A stretch of 64,000 nucleotides of DNA, taken from positions 33,132 through 97,131 of the IMG/VR virus record IMGVR_UViG_3300027733_000039; one strand, given 5' to 3'. Positions 17,634 to 27,587 of the stretch are shown one piece after another. The notes under the pieces were generated by a model that worked only from the letters and a program-made list of their open reading frames with translations, was not told the DNA's origin and ran no database searches. Made by a program: the position numbers and the translations under genes. Numbering within the stretch: the first letter of the stretch is position 1; each line of letters begins with the position of its first letter. The DNA is from a virus.

Positions 17634-19013
17634 ATGGCTATAGATTTTCCAAACTCACCAGCCACAAATGATTCTTTCACGTCAGGTGGAAAGAAGTGGA
17701 TCTTTAACGGCACCACTTGGAACCTCATTACTGCTAACTCTTATACTATTCCTACAAGTGAAGTAACAGCGGCAAAAATTGCTTCTAATGCTGTTACTGA
17801 GGTAAAGATTAACGATGGGGCAGTAACCCAAGCCAAACTTGCTTCTGGTCTTTCAGGAATTACGGTTACTACTACGGCTAACCGCTCGGCTGTTATCCCG
17901 TCACCTTTTGCTGGTCAATTCATTTTCCTCACTGACACAAGCCAACTACAACGATGGGACGGTAGTGCTTGGGTTGTTGCTATTACTACAGTGCCAACAG
18001 GTGCACCTACGTCTGTAGCAGTCTCAGGTTCACCTACATCTAGCACGGTCACACTTACGTTTTCTGCTGGTGGTGATGGTGGTTCAGCAATCACCAACTA
18101 CCAATATGCTCTTTCCACGAATGCTGGCTCAACATACGGTTCATACACGGCACTTTCTCCCGCCGATGGAACTAGTCCGATAACAATTACGGGTCTTGCC
18201 CTAGGCACAACTTACTACGTAAAACTTAAAGCAGTAAACGCTTTGGGTGCTGGTACATCAGAATCCTCTGCTATTTCCTTTACTACGTCAAGCCTTTCTG
18301 TTGATTATATTGTCGTTGCGGGTGGAGGTGGTGCTGGCGGAAACCGTGGTGGTGGAGGCGGCGCAGGCGGAATGTTGGTATACACAAACCAAAGTGCTTC
18401 TGTTGGAACCTATGCTTTTGTTGTCGGCGGCGGAGGTGGTGGACAAACATCTGGAGTTGAGTCCGTACAAGGGCAAAGTTCTTCTGCTTTTGGAAATACC
18501 GCTACTGGTGGAGGTAGGGGCGGTGGCAACTTGGGTGGTTCTAGCAATGGCGGTTCAGGCGGTTCGGGTGGCGGTGGCGGTTCCAATAATGGCGCTACTG
18601 GTGGTGCTGGTACGGCTGGTCAGGGCAATAGTGGAGGAAGTTCTGATGGCGGTGGCGGTGGCGGCGGAGGAAAAACTGGTGCTGGTGCAAATAGCGTTGG
18701 TGGTTTAGGTGCTGGCGGTGCTGGTTTGGCTAGTTCAATAACTGGTTCATCTGTCACTTACGCTACTGGCGGAATAGGCGGTGCTTCTGGAGATAGTTCA
18801 AATCCTGCTGTCAATGGTACTGCAAACACTGGCAATGGTGGTGTAGGTGGTGCAGGAAACGTAGCAGGTGGTGTTGGCGGTTCTGGTGTAGTTATTGTCC
18901 GTTATTTAACAGCCGATGGTTCAGGTGCCACTATTACAGGTGGCACTGTTACTACATCAGGTTCCTACACAGTCCGTACATTCACAGCATCAGGAAGTTT
19001 GGTTATCGCATAA
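17634..19013 (+). CDS. glycine-rich domain protein 3 with FPNSP module and FN3 domain
   Basis: MAIDFPNSP; DGGSAITNY..ITGL..GTTYYVKLKAVN FN3 signature. Confidence 0.75.
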   Translation: MAIDFPNSPATNDSFTSGGKKWIFNGTTWNLITANSYTIPTSEVTAAKIASNAVTEVKINDGAVTQAKLASGLSGITVTTTANRSAVIPSPFAGQFIFLTDTSQLQRWDGSAWVVAITTVPTGAPTSVAVSGSPTSSTVTLTFSAGGDGGSAITNYQYALSTNAGSTYGSYTALSPADGTSPITITGLALGTTYYVKLKAVNALGAGTSESSAISFTTSSLSVDYIVVAGGGGAGGNRGGGGGAGGMLVYTNQSASVGTYAFVVGGGGGGQTSGVESVQGQSSSAFGNTATGGGRGGGNLGGSSNGGSGGSGGGGGSNNGATGGAGTAGQGNSGGSSDGGGGGGGGKTGAGANSVGGLGAGGAGLASSITGSSVTYATGGIGGASGDSSNPAVNGTANTGNGGVGGAGNVAGGVGGSGVVIVRYLTADGSGATITGGTVTTSGSYTVRTFTASGSLVIA

Positions 19014-19327
19014 TGGCTATAGATTTCCCTAACTCACCATCTAACAACGATCAATACACTGTTGGAGCAACAACATGGATGTATAACGGCACAGCATGGG
19101 TTATCGTCTTAGGCGAATCCTCAATTGCTACGGGTGCAGTAACTACTGATAAAATTGCTACTAACGCTATAACGGCGGCAAAATTGGCAACAGGTGCAAC
19201 TAATGCTTATGTGTTAACGGCGGATTCCACCACCACAGCAGGCGTTAAATGGGCATTTATTCCACCATCAGGTGGTTTATCTACCAGCACAGAAGGTGCC
19301 ATAATGACAATGAGTATTGGAGCGTAA
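19013..19327 (+). CDS. short FPNSP-module stem protein
   Basis: MAIDFPNSP; ends EGAIMTMSIGA. Confidence 0.7.
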   Translation: MAIDFPNSPSNNDQYTVGATTWMYNGTAWVIVLGESSIATGAVTTDKIATNAITAAKLATGATNAYVLTADSTTTAGVKWAFIPPSGGLSTSTEGAIMTMSIGA

Positions 19328-19328
19328 T

Positions 19329-19664
19329 ATGGCATCAGGCGACAGAGCAGAAGCACGTTTAGGCGGCCCAACACAGTTAGGTACATCCACCACTACCTTA
19401 TGCACCGTAACAGCGGGTCATACCTATGTAGTGAAACAGATCATCATTTCTAATACAGATACTGTGGATCGTAATGTGACTTTGGCTATTGGTTCGGCGG
19501 CTACAGGTGCAAACCAAATCATGTCAGCGCTACCTATTGGCGCAAACGATCTCATGGTATGGGATACCGCCCTCGTTCTTAACACAACGGAGACATTACA
19601 AGGTTTATCAGATACAGCATCTAAAGTTACGGTCACGGTAGTCGGCTGGGATAAGACAAACTAA
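19329..19664 (+). CDS. fibre adaptor-like protein
   Basis: Size and pattern like 14919..15272; GGAG RBS before ATG 19329. Confidence 0.65.
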   Translation: MASGDRAEARLGGPTQLGTSTTTLCTVTAGHTYVVKQIIISNTDTVDRNVTLAIGSAATGANQIMSALPIGANDLMVWDTALVLNTTETLQGLSDTASKVTVTVVGWDKTN

Positions 19665-19667
19665 TCT

Positions 19668-20615
19668 ATGGGATTCTCTGAAGGTCTCGGCATTGGCTCG
19701 TTGAAGCCTGGGGTGTGCACTAGTACTACACGCCCTGCCGCACCCTATGTTGGTCAAACTATCTTTGAGACTGATACAAATAAAATGAAAGTGTATTTAT
19801 CTACTGGTTGGTCTGACGGTACAACACATAGCCGATCTCTTTTTGTTGAGTATCTAGTTATTGCTGGTGGTGGAGCGGGTGGTAGTAGTTACGGAGGTGG
19901 CGGTGGTGCTGGAGGCTACCGTACGAATGTTGTAGGTGCTACCTCTGGTGGTGGTGCTAGTGCCGAAGCGGCAATGGGGCTTGTTACTGGTACATATACG
20001 GTGACTATTGGTGCTGGTGGAGTAGGTAATGCCACAAGTGGTTCTAATTCGGTTTTTTCTACGATTACAGCACTTGGTGGTGGTTATGGAGGCCCATCCG
20101 AAAATAATGGCTTTACTGGAGGTTCTGGTGGTGGAGCGGGTGGAACAGGGAACAGCGGCACTAAAGACTCTGGATCGGGCACTGCAAATCAAGGTTTTGC
20201 TGGTGGTCAAGAATTCCCACAAGATGGGTATGGTCCTGCTGGCGGTGGAGGTGGCGCAGGCGCTGTTGGTGGAAATGCTTCTTCCCTTACTGGAGGCACT
20301 GGCGGTGTTGGTTTAGCAAGTTCAATCACAGGTACAGCAGTAACTCGTGCTGGTGGCGGCGGCGGTGCAACTATCAGTGGAACCCAAGGAAGTGGTGGTT
20401 CGGGTGGTGGCGGAGCCGCTGTATGGGGTAGTGGTGTTGCGGGTACAGCCAACACTGGTGGTGGCGGTGGTGGTTCATTGGGGAGCGGTGGTTCAGGTGT
20501 CGTTATTGTTCGCTATTTAACGGCAGATGGTTCTGCAACAGGGGGGACCATTACCACATCAGGTTCTTATAGAATCCATACTTTCACAGCCTCTGGTAGT
20601 TTGGTAGTTGCATGA
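19668..20615 (+). CDS. glycine-rich domain protein 4
   Basis: GVCTSTTRP..ETDT module + Gly-rich domain. Confidence 0.75.
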   Translation: MGFSEGLGIGSLKPGVCTSTTRPAAPYVGQTIFETDTNKMKVYLSTGWSDGTTHSRSLFVEYLVIAGGGAGGSSYGGGGGAGGYRTNVVGATSGGGASAEAAMGLVTGTYTVTIGAGGVGNATSGSNSVFSTITALGGGYGGPSENNGFTGGSGGGAGGTGNSGTKDSGSGTANQGFAGGQEFPQDGYGPAGGGGGAGAVGGNASSLTGGTGGVGLASSITGTAVTRAGGGGGATISGTQGSGGSGGGGAAVWGSGVAGTANTGGGGGGSLGSGGSGVVIVRYLTADGSATGGTITTSGSYRIHTFTASGSLVVA

Positions 20616-21214
20616 CAATCTCAGCAACTTCTAAAGGGCTAAAGAATGGGGTTTGCACCTCATCTAATCGCCCAGCGAACCCGTTTGACGGCATGGTCAT
20701 TTATGAAACGGACACCGACAAGATTGCTGTATATGACTCATCGGCTTGGGTGTATAAAACTGGCACTGCTGCGCCCGTAACTGGATATAAGTTAAATGTT
20801 ACAGCCACCGCTGGAACATCCATTAGTGATTCTACAGCAACAACAATTTTAAGTGGCTCAGTAACTGTTGTCCCAGGACGTGTATACCAAGTCTATGGTT
20901 CTTGTGCGGCTCAATCTGGAAGCACAATTACATGGAGAGCGCTATGGATTGCCCAATCTAGTTCTGGTTTTGTTCGGGGACTCTATCAGTCTCCACATAC
21001 AACTACCGCCAACCTTCCAATTTCTATGCAAGGAACTACAACTTTCCTTGCATCAGATGTTGGTGTAACTACGGGTAGTGGCACTGCACTCACTTTTGAT
21101 TTACGTATGCGAATGAACGGTGGTATCACTGGACTGAATACGAACCCTGATGGCATTATTGGTGCAAACTCTTTTCCACAAGTTTTAACAATCATTGATA
21201 TAGGAGCAATTTAA
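20612..21214 (+). CDS. fibre tip protein (GVCTS module + non-Gly-rich head)
   Basis: GVCTSSNRP..IYETDT; ends IIDIG. Confidence 0.65.
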   Translation: MTISATSKGLKNGVCTSSNRPANPFDGMVIYETDTDKIAVYDSSAWVYKTGTAAPVTGYKLNVTATAGTSISDSTATTILSGSVTVVPGRVYQVYGSCAAQSGSTITWRALWIAQSSSGFVRGLYQSPHTTTANLPISMQGTTTFLASDVGVTTGSGTALTFDLRMRMNGGITGLNTNPDGIIGANSFPQVLTIIDIGAI

Positions 21215-22173
21215 TGCCCCTCTCTTCTGTTATCGGCGCACAATCGTTGATTAAACCTGGTGTCTGCACATCTACAACTCGCCCTGCATCACCTTACACA
21301 GGGCAAATGATTTATGAGAGTGATACAAACAAGTTACGTTTGTGGAACGGTACTGCGTGGTCAAATGTGACGCACAGTATTGGTTTATCTATTGAGTATC
21401 TAGTTATTGCTGGTGGTGGTGGTGGTGGTTGGGACGTTGGTGGTGGCGGTGGCGCAGGCGGTTTCAGAACTAACGTAAGTGGTGCTACTTCTGGCGGTGG
21501 AGGGCCTTCTGAAGCGGCAATGATTCTTGTTCCAAATACCTACACTGTTACCGTTGGTGCTGGTGGCGCAACAACAAGCGGACCATCGCCAAGACTTTCA
21601 TTTAGCGGTAATGATTCTGTGTTTTCTACAATCACTTCGGTGGGCGGTGGAGGTGGCGGAAACTGGATTGCTTCAGGTAGCAGTGATACAAACAAAAACG
21701 GAAAATCTGGTGGCTCTGGTGGCGGAGGTGGTGGTTACCAAATGGTTTCAACTGGTGGCGCTGGTACTACGGCACAAGGATACGCTGGTGGAGCGTCATC
21801 GGTTAATAGCACAGAAGCAACTGGCGGTGGTGGTGGAGGTGCTGGAAGCGTAGGTGCTGTTGGAATTTCTAGTGGCAGTGGTTTTGCCGCTGGCGGTACA
21901 GGTTTAGCATCAAGCATTACAGGAACCTCTGTCACTTACGCTACTGGCGGTAAAGGCGGAGGAGATAGTTGGACTGGGGGTGTTATTGGAGCCAGCAATA
22001 CTGGTAACGGCGGGGATGGTCAAGGCTCTTCTGCCAACACTACGGGTGGTTCGGGAATAGTTATTATCCGCTACCTGATTGGCGCTGGGTCGGCAACAGG
22101 CGGAACTATTACAACTTCTGGTGTATATACAGTTCACACGTTTACATCCTCAGGAAATTTGGTTATCACATAA
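21214..22173 (+). CDS. glycine-rich domain protein 5
   Basis: GVCTSTTRP module + Gly-rich domain. Confidence 0.75.
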   Translation: MPLSSVIGAQSLIKPGVCTSTTRPASPYTGQMIYESDTNKLRLWNGTAWSNVTHSIGLSIEYLVIAGGGGGGWDVGGGGGAGGFRTNVSGATSGGGGPSEAAMILVPNTYTVTVGAGGATTSGPSPRLSFSGNDSVFSTITSVGGGGGGNWIASGSSDTNKNGKSGGSGGGGGGYQMVSTGGAGTTAQGYAGGASSVNSTEATGGGGGGAGSVGAVGISSGSGFAAGGTGLASSITGTSVTYATGGKGGGDSWTGGVIGASNTGNGGDGQGSSANTTGGSGIVIIRYLIGAGSATGGTITTSGVYTVHTFTSSGNLVIT

Positions 22174-22352
22174 TGCCTGCACCAATTGATTTCCCTAACT
22201 CTCCATCTTCTGGAGATGAATACGTAGCAGGCGGTATGGTTTGGCGCTATCTTAATGGTGTTTGGAAGCGCTTCCCACAAACTGTTTCTGATAGCGGTTT
22301 TTCTGATACACCTCTCAACGCTTATTTTGTAGATGATGGTGGAGGCGCATAA
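22173..22352 (+). CDS. 59-aa FPNSP-module linker protein (not in ORF track)
   Basis: MPAPIDFPNSPSSGDEY...VDDGGGA; TAATG overlaps at both ends. Confidence 0.75.
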   Translation: MPAPIDFPNSPSSGDEYVAGGMVWRYLNGVWKRFPQTVSDSGFSDTPLNAYFVDDGGGA

Positions 22353-23137
22353 TGGCATATCGCCGCATTCTTATTCGCCGTGACACGGCTGCGAACTGGA
22401 CAGCGAACAACCCAACGCTTGCCGCTGGTGAGTTTGGACATGAGACCGATACAGGCAAACTTAAACTTGGTACAGGCGCAATAGCGTGGAACAGTTTGGG
22501 TTACCAAAATAATGTTACTTCTGTAAACGGTTCTACGGGTGCAGTAACGGGTCTTGCCCCAACTGCTAGCCCAACCTTCACAGGCACTGTCTCTGGTGTC
22601 ACTAAAGGGATGGTCGGACTTGGCAATGTGGATAACACAAGTGACGCAAATAAACCAGTATCCACTGCACAGCAAACCGCTCTTGATCTTAAATCAAACC
22701 TTGCTTCCCCAACTTTCACGGGCACTGTAGTTTTACCTAACTCTACAGTCACGGCTACGATGATTGCATCAGATGCTGTAACGCAAGCAAAGATCGCTGA
22801 CAGGGCTGTTGGTTCTGCCGAACTTACAAACTTAACTTTAAATGCCCAAACTGGAACTACATACACCTTGGCGCTTACGGATGCACAAAAATTAGTCACA
22901 TTAAATAATGCGTCTGCAATTTCTTTAACCGTGCCTACAAATGCAACTGCTGCTTTTACTATTGGTGATCAAGTTAACTTATTGCAGTTAGGTGCTGGGC
23001 AGGTAACAGTGTCTGGCGCTGGCGTTACTTTCCGTTCTGAAGGCTCAAAACTTAAATTAAAAGCCCAATACGCAATAGCCACTCTTATCAAAGTTGGAAC
23101 AGATGAATGGGTTGTTGTCGGAAACTTGGCGGCGTAA
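22352..23137 (+). CDS. fibre protein with Mtd/hyaluronidase-type N-terminal module
   Basis: RRDTAANW..NPTLAAGEFG.ETDTGK.K.G; GLGNVDNTSD; ends WVVVGNL. Confidence 0.7.
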   Translation: MAYRRILIRRDTAANWTANNPTLAAGEFGHETDTGKLKLGTGAIAWNSLGYQNNVTSVNGSTGAVTGLAPTASPTFTGTVSGVTKGMVGLGNVDNTSDANKPVSTAQQTALDLKSNLASPTFTGTVVLPNSTVTATMIASDAVTQAKIADRAVGSAELTNLTLNAQTGTTYTLALTDAQKLVTLNNASAISLTVPTNATAAFTIGDQVNLLQLGAGQVTVSGAGVTFRSEGSKLKLKAQYAIATLIKVGTDEWVVVGNLAA

Positions 23138-23898
23138 TGCAAGTATTAGCAAATGTTGCTGCAAGTGCATTTGAATCCACAGGTGGAACAATAACCGCCT
23201 ACTCAACGTACCGTGTGCATTCTTTTACGGCGTCTGGAACTTTTACAATATCTGAAACAAAGACTGTGGACATGCTCGTAATCGGCGCAGGTGGAGGTCG
23301 TGGGGGTCAAGACGGTGGAAATAACTATGGAAGCGGTGGAGGCGGTGCGGGAGCGATGAACGAGGTAACCTCCTACTCGTTGGCGGCAGGAACATACGCC
23401 GTAACAGTTGGCGGTGGCGGCAACGGCTCACTATCAGACGGAAGTCCCAGCAGTTTTGGTTCTTTGTACTCAGCGCAAGGTGGTGGTGGAGGTGGTTATC
23501 CTAACGGTTTTGCATCCACAGGCGGCAGAACTGGTGGTTCGGGTGGTGGCGGAGGAAGCCGTGGCGGTGGTGGAACTGACCCTGGTGGTGGCGCTTCTGG
23601 CCCAAACACCAATGTTGGCGGTTATGGTGTCCATAGCCCAGGACAGTACCACGCAGGCGGTGGCGGAGGTGGAGCAGGTGGCGCAGGCAGTGACGCAGGA
23701 CAAACAGGTGGTGCTGGTCGTGCAAACTCTATTCGCACTGGTTCTTCAGTTACTTACTGTGTTGGTGGTTATGGAAAGTACAATAATAGTGATGGTGGTC
23801 CAGATCCAGCAGCAAATAGCGGAAGTGGCGCATCTGGAACAGCAGCACCAAGCCGTGGTGCGGATGGTATTGTAGTTATACGTTTAATCCCAACGTGA
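23137..23898 (+). CDS. glycine-rich domain protein 6
   Basis: N-terminal YRVHSFTASG, then Gly-rich domain; TAATG coupling. Confidence 0.75.
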   Translation: MQVLANVAASAFESTGGTITAYSTYRVHSFTASGTFTISETKTVDMLVIGAGGGRGGQDGGNNYGSGGGGAGAMNEVTSYSLAAGTYAVTVGGGGNGSLSDGSPSSFGSLYSAQGGGGGGYPNGFASTGGRTGGSGGGGGSRGGGGTDPGGGASGPNTNVGGYGVHSPGQYHAGGGGGGAGGAGSDAGQTGGAGRANSIRTGSSVTYCVGGYGKYNNSDGGPDPAANSGSGASGTAAPSRGADGIVVIRLIPT

Positions 23899-23917
23899 CC
23901 CTAATTGGAGATGACCA

Positions 23918-24442
23918 ATGACAACTAGACGAATACTGATTCGTAGGGACACGGCGGCGGCTTGGACTGCGGCTAACCCTACCCTTGCGTCTGGCGAACT
24001 GGGCGGAGAAACCGATACAGGAAAACTCAAACTTGGAAATGGCTCAACCGCATGGAACAGCCTCGCCTACCAAGGTGGCGTTACCTCAGTTAACGGCAAT
24101 ACGGGTGTAGTGACTGGTCTTGCTCCGACTGCTAGCCCAACTTTCACTGGAACAGTTGTTTTGCCCGCAACAACATCTATTGGAACAATCACCAATACTG
24201 AGTTGTCGTATGTAGACGGAGTCACTTCTGCTATCCAAACTCAATTAGATACCAAAGCCCCTACAAGCAATGCTTCATTTACGGGAACTTTTAGCGCCCC
24301 AGCAGGAACCATTACTAGCACTATGCTTGCTGATGGTACTATCGTCAACGCAGACATTGATGCTTCGGCTGCTATTGCAACAACAAAAATCACTGGCTGG
24401 GAAAATGACCAAGTTGTTTTGAACAACAGAATATTTAATTAG
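23918..24442 (+). CDS. fibre stem protein with Mtd-type N-terminal module
   Basis: N-terminal ~80 aa nearly identical to 22352; ends NDQVVLNNRIFN. Confidence 0.7.
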   Translation: MTTRRILIRRDTAAAWTAANPTLASGELGGETDTGKLKLGNGSTAWNSLAYQGGVTSVNGNTGVVTGLAPTASPTFTGTVVLPATTSIGTITNTELSYVDGVTSAIQTQLDTKAPTSNASFTGTFSAPAGTITSTMLADGTIVNADIDASAAIATTKITGWENDQVVLNNRIFN

Positions 24443-24450
24443 GAGACATC

Positions 24451-24810
24451 ATGGCAACATTTAGCAAAACAATTCTTAGCGGTTCAACAGATGGTAAAGG
24501 TGTTCTTGTAGCGGCAACTGCTACAGCAGGAACATTGGTTCATACTGGTTCTGCAACTGCGGCAACCTTGCATGAGGTTTGGCTGTATGCAGTTAACACT
24601 TCGGCTTCAGATGTTAAGTTGACAATTGAATGGGGCGAGGCTACTGCACCTAACGGTAATATTGAGTACACGGTTAAGGCTGAAAACGGTTTGTATCTAA
24701 TCGTTCCAGGTCTACTGCTGAAAGGCAATGCGTCAGCACTTACAGTAAAGGCTTTTGCCGCAACAACAAACGTAATCGTTGTTCACGGATACGTCAACGT
24801 AATCGCCTAG
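24451..24810 (+). CDS. fibre adaptor-like protein
   Basis: Paralog of 27229..27585 (LSGSTxGK, ExWxYA, LTxEWG, GYVxxI). Confidence 0.7.
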   Translation: MATFSKTILSGSTDGKGVLVAATATAGTLVHTGSATAATLHEVWLYAVNTSASDVKLTIEWGEATAPNGNIEYTVKAENGLYLIVPGLLLKGNASALTVKAFAATTNVIVVHGYVNVIA

Positions 24811-24821
24811 GTCTTAAATAC

Positions 24822-25763
24822 ATGGGCCTAATTAATAACTTTATGAGCGGTGGACGCTCTATTTCTGCTGGGTCACTAAATCCACGAGCCAATCGTGGTT
24901 CCACAAATCAGGCTGATGGGTATTGGCGTGGTGGTCTTTCTGGTTTTGCCGCAGTGGGAGCAACTGGTAGTTATGCATTGTCAACACTAGGTGGTTTCAA
25001 GTATTTGACCTTCACGGCTGGTGGAACAATGAACGTCACCGATGGTGGGACTGCTGATGTCTTGGTGGTAGCGGGAGGTGCCGCTGGAGGATATGGTGGC
25101 GCAGGCGGTGGTGGTGGTGGCGGTGTGCGAGTTTCTGCTGGAACAATTTTGACAACACTTACTTTTAATTCTGGAGTAAGCACAATAACAATTGGTAACG
25201 GTGGCAGTTCTGGGGCAGACGGTTCATCGGGTTATGGCGGCAGTGGAGGCACATCAAGCATTACACATGCTGCGGGGACTTTCTCAGCAACGGGTGGCGG
25301 TGGAGGCGGTACTGGTGGTGCTAGTTCTGGTGGTTCTGGTGGCGGTGGAATAGGTTCCTATGGATCAGGAAACGCTGGTGGATATACACCAGCGGAAGGA
25401 AAAAATGGTAGCGGAAGCGGTGCTGCTGGCGTCGGTGGTGGTGGAGGTTGGTCAGCCGCTGGTGATGGCTCAATGGGTTACGGAGGAGAAGGTCTTGCTG
25501 TGAATACAGCCGACTCAAACCTTTCAACTGTCATTGGCTACTCGGTTGTTGGTTCTGGTGGCGGTGGTGCAGGAAACTGTAACAACGGTGGTTCAGGAAA
25601 CATTTATGGTGGTACTGGTGGGGGTAAAGGCTCATACGGAAATGATGCACAAAACGCAACTAGTTACGGTTCTGGTGGCGGCGGTGGCGGAAACTGTTTT
25701 GGTTCCCTATATCACGGTGGTGCTGGCAGGTCTGGAATTATTGTGATCAGGTGGGCGGCATGA
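24822..25763 (+). CDS. glycine-rich domain protein 7
   Basis: KYLTFTAGG then VLVVAGG...SGIIVIRW. Confidence 0.75.
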   Translation: MGLINNFMSGGRSISAGSLNPRANRGSTNQADGYWRGGLSGFAAVGATGSYALSTLGGFKYLTFTAGGTMNVTDGGTADVLVVAGGAAGGYGGAGGGGGGGVRVSAGTILTTLTFNSGVSTITIGNGGSSGADGSSGYGGSGGTSSITHAAGTFSATGGGGGGTGGASSGGSGGGGIGSYGSGNAGGYTPAEGKNGSGSGAAGVGGGGGWSAAGDGSMGYGGEGLAVNTADSNLSTVIGYSVVGSGGGGAGNCNNGGSGNIYGGTGGGKGSYGNDAQNATSYGSGGGGGGNCFGSLYHGGAGRSGIIVIRWAA

Positions 25764-26035
25764 AAAATGTTGCAATAATGGATGGAAATGTTGTTGTCAA
25801 TGTTACATTGTGTGGTGATGACTATGTTTTATCTGAAAACGAAATAGAATACTTTGATGACAAACCTGCTTTCATAAATGGAGATTATGTTGACGGCTAT
25901 TTTTATGGTGTTCAACCATTTCCTTCTTGGACAAGGTATGAGGGTGTTTGGATACCGCCAGTTCCCCGACCAGAGACAAGGGACAATTGGTATTGGGATG
26001 AAGAGAAACGAGAGTTTTCTATATACAACGGATAG
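25760..26035 (+). CDS. fibre-associated small protein
   Basis: QPFPSW..WIPPVPRP..WDEE, related to the C-terminus of 16070..16438. Confidence 0.7.
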   Translation: MKNVAIMDGNVVVNVTLCGDDYVLSENEIEYFDDKPAFINGDYVDGYFYGVQPFPSWTRYEGVWIPPVPRPETRDNWYWDEEKREFSIYNG

Positions 26036-26044
26036 GTTTGTTCG

Positions 26045-26569
26045 TTGATTTACGATAATCTTTTACCTGAAAACGATTTGGTGAAACTATTAGATTTAAT
26101 TGAATCAGTGAATTTTCCCTTTTATTGGCAGGAAGACATTGATTACGGAAACAAAATCACGAACGACATTTATAATTATGGTTTTGCTCATCTTTTCTTT
26201 GATGAGGGCAATCGGCTATACAGCCCATTTTTAGATCAGATTGAACCAGTTGTTTCAGCGATGTGTGAGCGCATAGGTAAACCTTTAAAGCAGTTGCTTC
26301 GGATCAGGGCTGTTCTGTTAACAAATGTTGGTTGTGAACATAGGAATGTGAAACATGTTGATTTGGATGAGTACCCCAATTCTCTTACTGGTATTTTTTA
26401 TCCGAACAAAACTGATGGGGATCTATATGTTTATGACGGAGATATGATGAGTTCTATTGAACCAATCAGAAATAGGTGTGTGGTGTTAGGTGGAGCGGTT
26501 CCTCATCATGGTTCAAATCCTACAAAACATAAAAGGAGAGTTGTAGTAAATGTTAACTTCATTGTTTAA
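26045..26569 (+). CDS. 2OG-Fe(II) oxygenase
   Basis: HVD...H...R triad (KHVD, PHHG, RVVVNVN). Confidence 0.75.
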   Translation: MIYDNLLPENDLVKLLDLIESVNFPFYWQEDIDYGNKITNDIYNYGFAHLFFDEGNRLYSPFLDQIEPVVSAMCERIGKPLKQLLRIRAVLLTNVGCEHRNVKHVDLDEYPNSLTGIFYPNKTDGDLYVYDGDMMSSIEPIRNRCVVLGGAVPHHGSNPTKHKRRVVVNVNFIV

Positions 26570-27155
26570 TGGAAAACCAAGAATAGAACAATGGTTCCCA
26601 AAGCCTATTTACATACATAATAACTTTTATGCCGATGGGCATTCTGAACTCCACAAATGGTTGTTGGACTATTTTGGTCAAGGGGCAGAGGTCAAAAGGA
26701 CACCAGAACTAAACGTGTCCTCAACACACATGGTTAACAACTTTAATAATGAACCAATTTTTCAGCCTTTGATTGAAGCGATCCGTGAAGAAGTCTTAAA
26801 CTTTGCTACAACCTTGGGTTATGACATATCAATTTTTCATCTTCCGTTGCTGAATATTTGGGCAAACTTAAGTGAAACTGGCGACCATTTGTTTCCCCAT
26901 AATCACCCTGGGAGTTTTATAAGTGGTGCTTACTACATAGAGTGTGATAGTGACCTTGATGTCATAAAGTTTTATAGTGATACAAACAACATGATTACCC
27001 CATCCCCCTTCCCCAATAAGTACTCATTTGAGGATGCTTCCTATGTTTGTGAGCCAAAACGTCTTTTGTTGTTTAAGAGCAATTTCATACACGGGTGCCC
27101 TGCTATTAAAGGAAAAAGGAAGATTGTTGTTTCCTTTAATTTCAATTTATTGTAG
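26550..27155 (+). CDS. 2OG-Fe(II) oxygenase-like protein (TIGR02466-type)
   Basis: WAN..PHNHP.S.ISGAYY..LLLF.S...H..VSFN. Confidence 0.75.
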   Translation: MLTSLFNGKPRIEQWFPKPIYIHNNFYADGHSELHKWLLDYFGQGAEVKRTPELNVSSTHMVNNFNNEPIFQPLIEAIREEVLNFATTLGYDISIFHLPLLNIWANLSETGDHLFPHNHPGSFISGAYYIECDSDLDVIKFYSDTNNMITPSPFPNKYSFEDASYVCEPKRLLLFKSNFIHGCPAIKGKRKIVVSFNFNLL

Positions 27156-27228
27156 TTGGTAGGTTATACAGGTACCCACCCCAATAAATTAGGTAAACTA
27201 GGGCAATACAGATTTCTAAGGAGAACTA

Positions 27229-27585
27229 ATGGCTTCATACACTAAAAACAAACTATCGGGTTCAACTAACGGTAAAGCAGTCAGAGTTAGTGGCACCTCA
27301 ACGGGTACAGCCGTTACTGTCCATCAAGCAGTTACAGGTACTGCAAACTGGGATGAGATTTGGGTATACGCAAATAACACCAGCGCCACTGCTGCCAAAC
27401 TAACTTTGGAGTGGGGAACCACTACTGCTATTGATGGCAACATTGAACTCACTGTCTCCGCTGAATCTGGACTGGTTCTAGTTATTCCTGGCATTATCTT
27501 GCAGAACTCTTTGTTAGTTAAGGCTTTTGCCGCTACTGCCGATGTCATTCTTTTGACTGGGTACGTTCATAACATCACGGCATAA
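27229..27585 (+). CDS. fibre adaptor-like protein
   Basis: Paralog of 24451..24810; own TAAACT promoter and AGGAG RBS. Confidence 0.7.
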   Translation: MASYTKNKLSGSTNGKAVRVSGTSTGTAVTVHQAVTGTANWDEIWVYANNTSATAAKLTLEWGTTTAIDGNIELTVSAESGLVLVIPGIILQNSLLVKAFAATADVILLTGYVHNITA

Positions 27586-27587
27586 CT

